A stretch of DNA of 64,000 bases, from contig OZ037768.1 in assembly GCA_964035545.1 (NCBI GenBank), positions 2,574,741 to 2,638,740 on the forward strand. The letters are read 5' to 3'. Each line of letters opens with the position of its first letter. Positions within the stretch are counted from its first letter, which is position 1. The position numbers were made by a program, and so were the translations under genes. Source of the DNA: Bugula neritina (taxonomy: Eukaryota > Animalia > Bryozoa). The notes under the pieces were generated by a model, which was not told the origin of the DNA, made no database searches, and was given only the letters and a program-made list of their open reading frames with translations. Below are positions 45,750 through 58,718 of this stretch, one piece after another.

Positions 45750-48700
45750 TTATTCTGTCATCAACTTCTCAACTCCGTAGGCAATGTCCAGAAGTTTTGC
45801 TTCCTCAAAATGTTTGCATACAATCTGTAAGCCAACTGGTAGAGGTTTGGTACCACCCTAGAAAATTCAGCTAACTGTGTTAATATTCATACACTCAGGT
45901 GAACAGTGCTAAGCACAACAGCATCCAAATATAGACTTTGTAATTCTAATCTATACAGAATTTAAACTAGCTGAAACAATATCTGAATTGTCTAAATTCT
46001 GCCCAATGATTACTGTTTTTCCAATTTATATTAAAATTATTATTAAAATATCTGTAACTAAAAACTGAAACTATGTTAAAGTATCACATTTATACTCATA
46101 GATGTTCTCTATAATGACCATCGACCACAAACCAATCTGTCCATTTATATATTGTGAAGGAATACTTACATCATCTGGTTTAACTTTTCCCACATTCAGA
46201 GACAAGGCAGGATGTCCAGTTAAATTGAAGGGAGTCACGTTGACTACTGGAGACTGCAATGCTCTGATAAACTCTGCAGAGTGTAATAATAATATATCAA
46301 TAGTGTGTCTAATAGGATTCTTATGTTAAGTACAATATGAAAAGCATTTCCTGGTTTGCAGGTCATAAATCAAGTGCCATATACAATATACATATTTAAC
46401 TCTATTATGAAATTGTCAAAAGTTATTGAATTGTTGTATTGTTTCTTGTGAACTATTATATACTGAATCATCAGAATGGTTCAGAAGAGAATAAACAACT
46501 TAAGTTTACTGTTTGTTTAAAATAAAATATTTGGTTAGTATAGCAGGTTTTACTTGTATATAGAGTTGAATACTTTAGAACTAAAGCAAATGAAGTTCAG
46601 AATTTAGGTTAATCAAACAGTTTTCAAAACATAGACGGTGTAAAATCAAAATAACAACATGAGTCAAATTTATTTGAATATAGACAGAATTTCACTCAAA
46701 GTGTGGTTCATATAAAACATCAGCTCCTCATTTTTGTTCAAATTTCCAAGTATTGACAAGATAACGTTCATAGCTACTTCGGTTGTGTTACCAGTCGATA
46801 AACCAATATAACAGTACATCAAGACTACCTATTCGTCATGGAATTCAGGGAGTGAAAGATTACCTTTAGGTGTAAGATCTAGGGGTGGCAGTTTTACAGC
46901 AACAAATGGTATGGTAGGCATAATCAAGGCATCATATTTCTCTAAGACATCATTGTATGCTTTTCTCAGTGTAGGTCTACAGTTCATTGCTCTAGCAACT
47001 ATCTGGCTTCCTTGAATTTACCAAAAATATTCTTTAAAACTAGCACTAGAAGGTTTGAATAAAATAAATTGATCACGTTATAAGAAAAATAACTGTTTGA
47101 TTCAATTGAATAGTCTTTTACTGTTAACAGTTTTGAAATTACCATCTTTTTTTCTGATAAATTCTCCAAACATTGTATAAGCTTTAATCGAAGGTGGCAT
47201 ATCGTGAGCTCTAATCTGTAAAAAACCATGAAACGCATTCCTAAACTAAATACAGGCATTTTTCCAGTTGAATCTGTCTAAAGATTTTATTTATTAACAG
47301 CAGAAGCAATCATAGCCTCACATTCAGTTATTTGGAACAATCTTATTACAAACTTGTAATTTAGTCCTGGCCCTGTTACAGCAGAATCAATAAATATATC
47401 TGAAGACTTCTTTTTGGACACAATTAGTTCTTTTAATTTAGAAGTTGAAAAGTTCAAGGTCAAGATTGGATGAAGTCGCATATTAAAGTCACATTTACAT
47501 GCCATTTGCTTTAATTTCACCTAGATTACTTCTTAAATCTTGAAGTTTATATTACCTGCAAAGCTTGCTTGAAATGACGTAATGCAGACACATTGTACAT
47601 CTCATTAAAACCTGGTGGTTGGCCATAATTCTTAATCATACTTTCATAGATTGCTGCCAGCATTGCCATACTTATAGGTCCCCCTTTCCAATAGTCAAGC
47701 AGCATTAATTCATTAGGCTATTTTTAAGTGTTAATGCATTTCTCAATAATGTGATGAGCATTAACAAATCATTTTTGCTCTTTATTGAGATATGTTTAAG
47801 ATGTTCAAACTTCATATAAAATTGGAAACAAAGTAATAGTCTTGAAAGACTAGGAGTTAAACAGCGACTATTTTAAAACTTATAAGGAAACAAAAAACAA
47901 TCAATAAGTGTCTAATTTTTTTCATACTATAAACTATTAAATTTTAATAGAAGTTACTTTGTGCATGAAGAGGTATGCTGACTTCTTCTACGACAGCCCC
48001 TGACTCTCTCAGTTTAGTAATCACATGACTCATTACAGACTTCACACCATCAGAAGCTCTTCCAGAACCTTCTTTGACATAACCAAACTTTACTCCAGCT
48101 AAATCCCCTGTCAGCTGAAAATATAAAGAGTAATTAATCGATCTAATGTAATCATTATTTAAAGTTTAATTATATGAGTTTTAGTCAACTTGAGACGTAC
48201 CAGCTGACTATATTTTGGTATGACTGCGTGAGGATTCTGCCTATGATCTCTACCATCATCATATCCTGCAATGACCTCTAGTAACTTAGCCACATCAGTG
48301 ACATTAGAGGCCATTGGGCCCAGGTGGTCTAAAGATGGTTCCAAGCCTGAATTAAATAAAGATAAAAACCATTGTATGGTTGGTTATACTAGACTAATCT
48401 TTGAAATTAATTAGTATTAGTTGATAGCTTTACAATTTACTTGGCAAATATATAACGTGGGCATTATTTTATATGTAATACAGATAATAATTATTACCAA
48501 ATTAAGATATTAAGTGTTAGATATATGTAATGTTGAGCTATATGCACATATCTGTTTTATATGAAAAACATGGATTTTTTTAATGAGATTAGCTTTAATG
48601 CAGAGCATTTGGTTTGAGTTGATACTATTTGCAGCCCTAACTGATTGTACCTAAGCTAATTGCCCTAGCTATTATGACTATAAATTCATTCAACCTGACA

Positions 48701-50983
48701 GCTACTCCCTGAAATATAATGGCACAGCAATTACTGGTACATGTTGCTTTTACTGTTACTATTACTTTTTACATTCTGTCTATGGAATAAAGATTTTTAT
48801 TGTTATATTTTCTACTCTACCTAAAGATCCAGTTACAGGAACTAAACCAAATGTAGCCTTAAGTCCTACACAACCAGACCAACAGCTTGGCATACGAATA
48901 GACCCTCCCTGATCTCCTCCAATAGCCATGTCCACTTCACCAGTGGCTACCTGCAAGGTTTCTATATAGCAAGGTTTTGCTATCCTTGAATATGATTTCA
49001 TAAAATCAAATAATAAAATTGTTTTACAGTTTTGCATATACTAAGTTGATAAAGTACTAGTTGAAGCAGATTGAAATAACCAATATGACTTTTTGGTAAA
49101 TAAAGTGTGATCTTGAAGTAACATTCTGTAATACATACTAAAACAGCACTCCCAGAGCTGGATCCACCTGCAGACCTGGTGACATCATGAGGGTTGGGCA
49201 CTGGACCACTCGCACTGGTGAAACTGTTGGTTGAAAAACACTGGTTTTCACATGTTGACTTTCCAAAAATAGTTCCACCTACACCGTACAGTGTAAAGCT
49301 ATGGGAGCTTTGTGTGCTGGCCACAGTATAGCAGGTATGATTTAAATCAAACTACACGAAATTATTCTACCTGAGAGTAATTTAATATCTTTTTGCACGA
49401 TGTGGTAGTAAGTAATAAAATCATGAATAAAGGGTAGTAAAATTAATATGTAAATCTTAAGTTAAGCTGTTCAGTAATAAATTTCACAAAATGGCAACTG
49501 AATTTAATGATCACATGCCAAAATTAAACACGTTGATTTAATTAAAAGGATAAAATGTTTCACTGGAAAGCTTTTCTAATATGAATAATGTCTTAACCTG
49601 CTTGCAGTATTCTAGTGACAACTGTAGCATCAAACTCTGGGGTGTATCCTTCCCATATCTTAGATCCATTTGTTAGTGGAGTTCCAGCAATAAATACATT
49701 GTCTTTTATTGCTATGGTTTTTCCAGCTAAAATTCCAGAACTTTCTCCTTTTATCTCTACTTTAGTTGCCCTAAAAAAAGTTATAACTCCACACAATATT
49801 TATGGCAAATTGAAGGACAGCTACATGTTTAAATTTCTTTGAATAATATGTTATAGGTTTTCTTGTTACCAGGCATTGTATGGGTTGTCTTTTCTTGCTG
49901 GTTTCACTCCTGGAATTCTTGGATACAAAACTGGAATTGTTTCCTCTTCAATTGATCGTAAACCATCACATGTCTTTAGCCAGGTGTTGATAACTTCTAT
50001 AAAAATATTCATGGTTAAGAAAAGCACCAGGGTTTGTATCATCCTCATTTAGTAATCAACTTTCCTCTAACATTACAGCTCTAATGTCAGCATGATAAAC
50101 CCTTAACCAGCTAGTTTTTATTTGCAAATTCAAACTTTAAGCAAAACATGGCTCTATCAGCTAAAATGTAATCTTGGCTTCAATATTAATTTTGCTGTTA
50201 ATTTATTTGAACATGAAGTCTGAGTGTTTGAACAAGCTACTATATTAAATAGCTGCCACTACAGTAAACACAATAAAACTATCTTATATAACACTAGGTC
50301 TGTGACAGAAGACTTGCAAATAGCTGAAAAATATAAAAACATTTATCATCATGTGACCTACAAAGTTCAAACATGGTTATAATTTACGCTCTCAACCATT
50401 GGGCTAGCACAACTTCTAGAGTTATATAGAACTTATTAGCACACTGCTATAGTAAGAAATAGAAATCAAATGTGACTCAAGCACTGAACAACGTGCCAGT
50501 TTACCTATAGGCCTACATACTCTTTGATATATGACTTAAAGTAACAACAACTATACAAATTTGATAGCAAACCACCATTCACCTAAATACTCTTTGATTT
50601 GGTCTTCATTGATTCCAAGATTGAGATCTGCTGAAATCTGAGATAAATCTGCAGAAGAAGCTGGTTCAACCAAAGGGATATCTGCAACATAACAAAACCG
50701 TGGGGTGCTTTGGTATAATCATTTAAATATTTCTACGGACCTTACTAGTGGACAAAATATTAATAACTTTGCCCAATCAGCATCAATATTACAACTTATT
50801 CGTTCAAACCGGTTCAAACCTGTAATTCTTATTTATCCATTCAACTCAAATGTAACTTGGCATGTTTTGCCGGTTTTCCCAATTTTATATGCTAAAACTC
50901 TAACTAGTGATTGTAATCTACTGCATATTATAACACATCCACTTAATACCTCTCTACTTACATGACTTTCTCTCTCCCTCCAT
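45750..50983 (-). CDS. Amidase signature-family enzyme, CX3C type, paralogue 2, 517 aa
   Basis: 13 exons: 50983-50962, 50681-50583, 49996-49870, 49770-49598, 49278-49139, 48950-48821, 48346-48201, 48114-47958, 47683-47556, 47215-47143, 47010-46864, 46273-46170, 45857-45750. Same exon structure and catalytic motifs as paralogue 1. Confidence 0.92.
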
Positions 50984-51022
50984 GTGATCTTTTTGTAGCA
51001 GTGACAGTGAATGTGAAGCTTG

Positions 51023-51262
51023 TTTATATAAAAATCATTTTGAGCTAAAACAAACAAGTGGTGTTGATTTAGCTAGGAGTGGATGCAACAATCTGATAAA
51101 CCCCCAACAAGAAAATTTTTGTAGCCAATAGAATAAGTTGCAAGTTATTATAGCCATTAGAATAAGTTATAGGTTATTATAGCCAATAGAATAGGTTGTA
51201 AGTCATTATAGCCAATAGAATTGGTTGTAAGTTATTATAGCCAATAGAATTGTTTGTAAGTT
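51023..51262 (-). promoter_or_regulatory. Putative amidase-2 promoter: TATA box plus a 5x 29-bp repeat carrying CCAAT boxes
   Basis: TATATAAA (minus strand) at 51030-51023. Units of AGCCAATAGAATAAGTTG(C/T)AAGTTATTAT start at 51123, 51152, 51181, 51210 and 51239. Confidence 0.6.
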
Positions 51263-53296
51263 GGTTGATGAAAATTGCTATAAAAAGACATGGCTGCTTA
51301 TTTTTGGAGAAGATCAATGGTCTTCTTATGTCATTTTACCCCACTATAATCAATGAATTTAGCCAACAACTCCAATGAAATAAAATTTGGAGTTGTTATG
51401 CCTTAGCCATGTGCTCATTTCAATCTAGCTACTATATTTCAGCTCTTTGCTATTTGTTATAATTCCATGCTAATTGTTCTAAAACTAGAATCACTAGTAA
51501 ATTGCTAGTAATTTTACTGTAACCAGTTTCCACTGTATAATCAGTACTCAAAGTTAGGGGGTCAGCAGGTGTATGCAGTACCCCCTCCTCACAATATTTC
51601 CTTGGGGTGCACTAAACTTAGCAGTATTCCCACCATAATATCTTATTGCATTCAGCAGCAGTGCACGTGAAAGTAGTGACCAAAAGCCTTTGTATTGAAT
51701 TGTTTGACCTAAAGCCTGTGGTACAGCTCATTGAAGTGTCAAAAGCACACCAATCATTCGAACTATTATCATCATTTAATTTAATATTTTTTTTAAAGTA
51801 GTTCCTGTCTGATCTCAGCTAAGTCTATATAATTAAGTTATTCAGGCACTTGTTTTTAGAAATATGGATTTTTACAATTTATTTTTAATAAATTAGCATC
51901 AAAAATAATTAGTCATTTTCTTTGTGAAAAACCCTCAAAAGATCTGATTTATACTTTTACAGATACAGCATACAAATGACTAAACTTTTGTGTCGTGTTT
52001 AAAACTGACAAATAGGTTATTTCAAGAGCCCTTTTTTCTAGTATATTTTCAGTGCATCTGGCAGTGTAAGGAAGTGACTATACCTCGTGGGGTGAGCTGC
52101 TATAGAGATGAGTTTGTGCTTGTGATTGATAATATCACACTCTGTGTACTATCATTATTTACAGGTTATAATACCTATATTACACATACTCGTGTTACAA
52201 TTTTATGTAATCATTTATTTTATTCAAATAATACTAATGACTTCTGCAATTATTTCTTCATTTCAGGAATATAATTATTGTGTTTAGCATATTTGCAGGG
52301 AGGTTACTAACTAGGATGTCTATTGGAACCATTTATTTATCTGATCTACACTCCAATGGGTCTACTCTAGTCATTCTGTGCCAAATTACAAGTTAAATCC
52401 TGCCAACTGAAGTGGAAGTGAACTGAACTACTGGAATACTATAATCAGGGTAAATAGTTATTGTTAGTTGAGTGTTTCAGACTTTATGTTTATAGTATTG
52501 CTTTGCATTGTGTTGTATGTCCTTTACTCAGATGTACTGTATTAATGCACCATGTGTGGTATTTTATTATATATTGTGTTGTACTGCATCTTATCTGTAA
52601 TCATAACAAAGTATTTTATTGTATGAAATTATTGTTGATAAATCAGTCATCTCTACCTATTTATCAACCAATAATTTAATGAAAAAGCAGCTGCTTCCAT
52701 TATATATTATGTCATGTGTTATATGCTAATATTATACTATCATAGTAGATAATTTACAATGCTATACTATTCGTAGGACATGCCATATCTGTGACATACT
52801 AAGAGAGTTGTCTCCTCCCTATAGAATATGGTTATATTATCAGTAGACTAAAGACAGACTAATCTACATAATCCCATCATATCACAATTCACACAGACTA
52901 TTGTGTCTCATTTGATTTATCAATTTCACATTTTTGATACCAGTATATTGTATACCAACACAGTATTTAAAACATTACAAATTGTGTTGGTTTTATATAG
53001 AAGTTGATTACACATGTTTTTGAATTTTGTCTTATTATCCACTTATAAAACTTAAGTTACAAATTTAAAATTATTTGACCAGATTTTGTTATTTCTGATA
53101 AAACCACAGACCTTCACATGGTATAGTATGTAATTTGATAATAAAACAGCAAAAAAATTGAAATTCGAAACTATTGGCTATTTTACTTATTTTTGTTATA
53201 AGTTCTATGTTTAAAAATTTTATATACCAATTTATAGTTAATAATATAATGCTTTTTTAAAGTTTTTGCTAGTGTGGCTATATTTACGATATCTAC

Positions 53297-53400
53297 TGTA
53301 GCGTTGAGTTTACCCAGTAGCTCCCGTGGTGTAATGGTAGCACACTTGCCTGCAAGCCAGAGGACTCCGATTCGATTCCCAGTGGGGGCAATTATTTTTC
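53297..53400 (+). repeat. tRNA-derived repeat (pseudo-tRNA at 53320-53390 within a larger dispersed element)
   Basis: Acceptor stem GCTCCCG/TGGGGGC and the D-arm pair, and a TTCGATT loop is present, but the anticodon and T stems do not pair. Flanks are shared with the copy at 34231-34290. Confidence 0.7.
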
Positions 53401-55097
53401 ATCTACATTCTACTAATTTTATATATCGACATTTGTTTTGTAAAATAAATGTCTCCATCAAGACATGCTACCCAGTACATTATAAAGGCTATAATGAAAT
53501 TCCAACCCAAGGTGTTTTGTGAAAATCAACGACTTCTTCAAAATGAGGCAGCTCTTATAATATATTTTAGAACATTATAAATATTTATGTCAGCTAACTG
53601 TATATAATTTTATATAAAGGTGTGAAGTTGTTATAAAAGCCTTCTAATTGCATGTTCACTAGTAAAATGTTACACTCTTTGGTTCACATGGCTGCTGTTT
53701 TAACAATCTTGTGAATTTACCGTTTATGCAATCATAACAGGAGTTATTCTCCTTTTAGATGCATAATATGTGGATATCGGCAACCGTACAATGCCTATTA
53801 GGTTTAAACCCACCTAAGAAATCGAAAGATCGAATCAGGATTTCACAGACTATCGCAGCTACTCAAATCTCTACATTTAACAAAAATGGCAGCGCCCTGT
53901 GTCAAAACTTTAACATGCAGTTAATAATTTTGCTTCGCCCAGTTTGCAAACTATTTGGGACAAGCTCATTTTTAAGCTATGCCAATGCTGCTGTAAATAA
54001 TTTTTAGCGAAACAGTTTTCTCAGCTAGTGCTTTTGGAACTATCTTCATTTTGCTTTTGCTTGTGCCTGCGAGTGTGGGCTGTAAGTCTCAGTCAGTGTG
54101 AGCGTCAGTCACTGTCACCACGGTGACTGTCAGCGAGTGTGAGACTGAGAGTGGGTAGTTGCGGTGACTGTTGCTGCTGGATTGGGGTTGGTCAGAAACC
54201 GAAATACCTACTTTGATTCTACAGGTACGTCTACGGTCTAGTTTAACTTATAAGTTATAACAAAAGCTAAACCTAACGGTATCCCAAGGCCAATCTGGTA
54301 TTGTAATTGACATTGCCCATTTCAGTTGCGTCTGCAGTGTCACACTGACACTCACTATCGAATCCTAATCTAATGCTAAATTTTGAATTTATGCACAACA
54401 AATGTATAATGATAATCGTTGCCTGGAAAATTAAAATGAAATAGAATTTCAAGTATTTGTATTTAAATATATTGTCAGAGTGTTTAAGTTACAATTAAAG
54501 ATTACTGTTAAACTTCTTGACACTTTCATAAGTTTTACTAGTTGTTGTTTCTACTACTATTTTTTTTATAAATTCATTTCATAGCATATTATTCTTTTAA
54601 GTCGAACTCAATTATACTCATACTGAATAGTTCTAATATTACCTTTGAGTTCAATACCATTACATCATGTTACTGTTAATGAAAGTCAATCAATATCTTA
54701 AACAATGTCACACATATTTATTCATCAGTTCAGCTGAGTTATTTTGAGTTTATCAGGAATACTTCCAGACTAATAACTGATAACTGTACCTAGTAATAAT
54801 ATTAATTATGGCCCTGACAATACTGGTTTTGTAGACAGTAATTGTAAAGTTGTAATATAGGTTTTCCACATGTGAATGCACTTAGTTTGATACTAAGATA
54901 ACTTGTTGTATGGTTAAGATTTTATTCTCTACTGTTGTATATATAATTATTATATCTTTCTGAGTGTCTCTAATTATAGCAGTGGTGAAGATATGAAATC
55001 AAGAGTTTGGCCATTATTTCTAATTATAGTTGCTGTGAGGATACTTAATAAAAAAGGTTCAACTTTATATTGTTACTACTAGTAACTAGAAACAGCT

Positions 55098-58000
55098 ATG
55101 GACTTACAGGGTAAGTTAACTAAGTTTTACTATTTTCTTTTCCCAATGCGTATTAAATGCTCAGTTACCCGTAACGTTCCCATTGATTCTCGTTAAGCTA
55201 ATAGATTTTTCATTCAATGTTTGGAAGCAGGTCAATCGATCCATTCAAAAGAATATAAATGTGTGTTGATAAAGTTCAGTGAAAATTATTCTCAAATTAA
55301 AAACATCTGAGGCAACTGCTGTGATTAAATATAAACGGACATCATTATTTTGTATTTTTTGTGAGTTTGTGTAGATATAAAGTATAGAAGTAAAGTTATT
55401 ATTTTATTTCACGTTATTGTTAATGTCTGCTTGATTTGCTGTCCATTACATAATCTCAGCTCATTACGTAACTAACTATAGTTGTTTTTGTCGCTAACCT
55501 CTCCAATAAAACTTAATACTTTCTCTATTTCTCTCATAGGAATGAAGATAAAACGGGAGCCCTCTTACTATGTAGAGACATCAAATGATAGACCAGGTTA
55601 CTCAGAATATGGAGGTGGGCATTTAGTATGAGTTCAGTTTGAATCTTTCGGCAATGCTTAGTTACTCTTAACAGTTCAACCTTTGTACACTCTCTGGATG
55701 AATGTATTTCGATTGCCATTTCTTTCTACATGATGGCGAAGTAGATAAGACATTCTTGTTTTCTACAAATTGAGAAAATCATTGAAAATAGTATTTTTAG
55801 ACAAGGCATGATCTAATTGATTGCTGATAATCACTGCCCATGTCCTTTGCTGATAGTATAATTGCTGGGACTTAACATAAGCTTTCCTTAATGAACGATA
55901 GCTTTTCACATATCTCAGCTATGCCAGCTACATTCTGCTTTTCTACATTCATTATAGCTAATACACAAAAGCTAACTTTTTTTTACTACTATAAGAACCC
56001 AGCAGTTTTCACTTATTCACACCTGCATCTCACACTTGTACTTGCAACTTATAACTCATGAGATAACCTTTTTTGACAGTGCTATTTTCTTTCAGACTGC
56101 TACAATAAATCTTTATATCTATACACCATTAAAGCACAACAATAATATGGTTATAACATGGTTTCTCAAATTTTAAAGCTCTGTGGAGTGAAGCTAAGTT
56201 TCATTTTATTGTAGTCTGTGCTTTTCAAATTCTAGCAGGAATTCAGAGTTTCATGGCCTGTGATACCATCTTCTTTCTTGTTCTTTCCTAGACCAAGTTC
56301 ACACCTAGTAGGTAATAAACTTTTATACATTGTGTAGTGTATATAATATGTTTGTAGACGGACTGGAGGCTGTGCCAGGAACTAGTGCTGTGTGTGATGA
56401 GGTAGTGGAACTGCCAAATGGTTAGAAGTCATATGGTGTGTTGTTTGTTTACCATTTCTAATTGCTCAGATATGGAGAAGGGTTTTTATTTTTCCAGTTT
56501 TTCATAAAACATAGGAGTCCAAGTCAACCATCACAGTGATCAATAAAAAAACACTTCGTTCACCCTGGGAACAGTAGCAAATGTAGGAAATATTTGCCAA
56601 TATATATATTTGTTATTTCTCTATGATTCTGTTTGACTTAGACATCAAAGTGGAGTATTTTGAGTGTGCAGAAGAAGTAGACAACTCTAATTCGGTGACA
56701 TTATTTAATGGTCAGGAGGAACAGGATGAGGAAGGTAGTGAATTCACACAAATATTTAGGATGACACATAATTATACTAAATCTAATAGTCTCATTTATA
56801 TATTATACTAAATGTGATGGTCTCATTTATATATTTGGCCACAATAACTCTGACGTGTTTTTGATATTTTATGTGCTCAATTGAATCTTGATTGACTTGA
56901 AAACTACCTAAATGTATAGCTTGCTAATTGAAAACTATTTGGTTAAAAATTAAAAGTAATATTTTTGGCAGGTGAGCTACAATTTGATTACTAGTTAATA
57001 ATATTCTCACATGCTTTATGACTTGCAGGGAAAAGGCAAAGTGCTGAAGGTGATAGGCATAATCTGAATCCTAGTAAGGATCTCTGTATAAGAAGCTGTG
57101 ATGAAGGAAAGTCATTTCAATGTCCTTATTGTGATATGAAAATAAACCTAAAATCTCAAGTAGTTCAGCACTTGAATACTCATACAAAACAACAACGGTA
57201 TCGATGTGGTATTTGTGATGATACATTTACTGAGAAACATTCTCTAATTACTCATATGAGAATTCATGTAGGAGAAAAGCCATATAAGTATGATATTTGT
57301 GACAAAAAGTTTACTCAAAAAGTTAGCCTACATTTCCACTTTATAACTCATACAGGAAAAACACTTTTTCAATGTCATATTTGTGACAGGAAATTTACTC
57401 AGAAATCGAAATTAAGTGATCACATGATGATTCATACAGGAGAAAAACCATTTCAGTGCACTACTTGTGATAAGAAATATACTAATAAATCTTCTTTAAC
57501 TTTTCACATGAAAACTCATACTGGGGAAAAACCATTCCAGTGTAATATTTGTGGTGGAAAATTTATCCGGAGATCTCACTGGAATGCTCACATGAGAATT
57601 CATACAGGGGAAAAGCCGTTTCAATGTCATATTTGTGACAGGAAATTTGCTCGAAAATCTGCCCTAAATTATCACATGGGGACTCACACTGGAGAAAAAC
57701 CATTTCAGTGTGATATTTGTTACAGTAAGTTTACTCAGAAATATTATTTGAATGCTCACATGAAAACTCACACAGGAGAAAAACCATTTCAGTGTGATGT
57801 TTGTGGTCGAAGATTTACTCGGAGATCTTCCTGTAATGCTCACATGAGAATTCATACAGGGGAAAAGCCGTTTCAATGTCATATTTGTGACAGGAAATTT
57901 GCTCAAAAATCTGGCCTAAATTATCACATGGAAACTCACACTGGAGAAAAACCTTTTCAGTGTGATATTTGTTACAGTAAGTTTATTCAGAAATATTATT

Positions 58001-58545
58001 TGAATGCTCACATGAAAACTCACACAGGAGAAAAACCATTTCAGTGTGATGTTTGTGGTCGAAAATTTATCCGGAGATCTTACTGGAATGCTCACATGAG
58101 AATTCATACAGGGGAAAAGCCGTTTCAGTGTCATATTTGTGACAGGAAATTTGCTCGAAAATCTGCCCTAAATTATCACATGGGAACTCACTCTGGAGAA
58201 AAACCATTTCAGTGTAATATTTGTTGCAGTAAGTTTATTCAGCAATGTTATTTGAATGCTCACATGAAAACTCACACAGGAGAAAAACCATTTCAGTGTG
58301 ATGTTTGTGGTAGAAAATTCATCCGGAGATCTGACTGGAATGCTCACATGAGAATTCATACAGGGGAAAAGCCGTTTCAATGTCATACTTGTGACAAAAA
58401 ATTTGCTCGAAAATCTGGCCTAAATTATCACATGGGAACTCACACTGGAGAAAAACCGTATCAGTGTACTCAAAGTGACCATAAAAATAGGATGTTTAAC
58501 CTAAATGTTCACACGAGAACTCATGACGCAAAAGAACCTTTCTAA
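55098..58545 (+). CDS. C2H2 zinc-finger protein, about 586 aa, 17 fingers (15 intact)
   Basis: Main exon 57029-58545 has TGEKPF-linked fingers. Probable upstream exons 55098-55110, 55540-55614, 56358-56420 and 56642-56734 (all phase 1; acidic, with IKRE/IKVE SUMO-type motifs) are less certain than the main exon. Confidence 0.9.
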
Positions 58546-58718
58546 TGTATTGAATCTTAACGGAAATTAAAATGGAAAAATGGTATAATCACCAGCATGA
58601 AAACTCATACAACTAATAAGCCCATTTTAATATATATTATACAATATCATAATAATATTGTATTGTATGACATGAGTATGCTGTGATGTTTACATAACTT
58701 TTTTCTCAAAAGAGTTCA

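Noticed and set aside
31731-50983. Bacterial contamination as the source of the HEPN and amidase genes
   Set aside because: All four genes have spliceosomal introns and host-like composition, and are contiguous with animal housekeeping genes.
53320-53390. Functional tRNA gene (apparent GCA anticodon)
   Set aside because: Anticodon and T stems do not pair, and the flanks are shared with another repeat copy.
56292-56311. Possible extra 20-nt ZNF exon (ag|ACCAAG...GTAG|gtaat)
   Set aside because: In-frame TAG and a frame-shifting length; at most a poison exon, with no support.
57664-58386. Three similar minus-strand ORFs (MTLKRLFPCMNSHVSI...)
   Set aside because: Antisense shadows of the repetitive zinc-finger exon.
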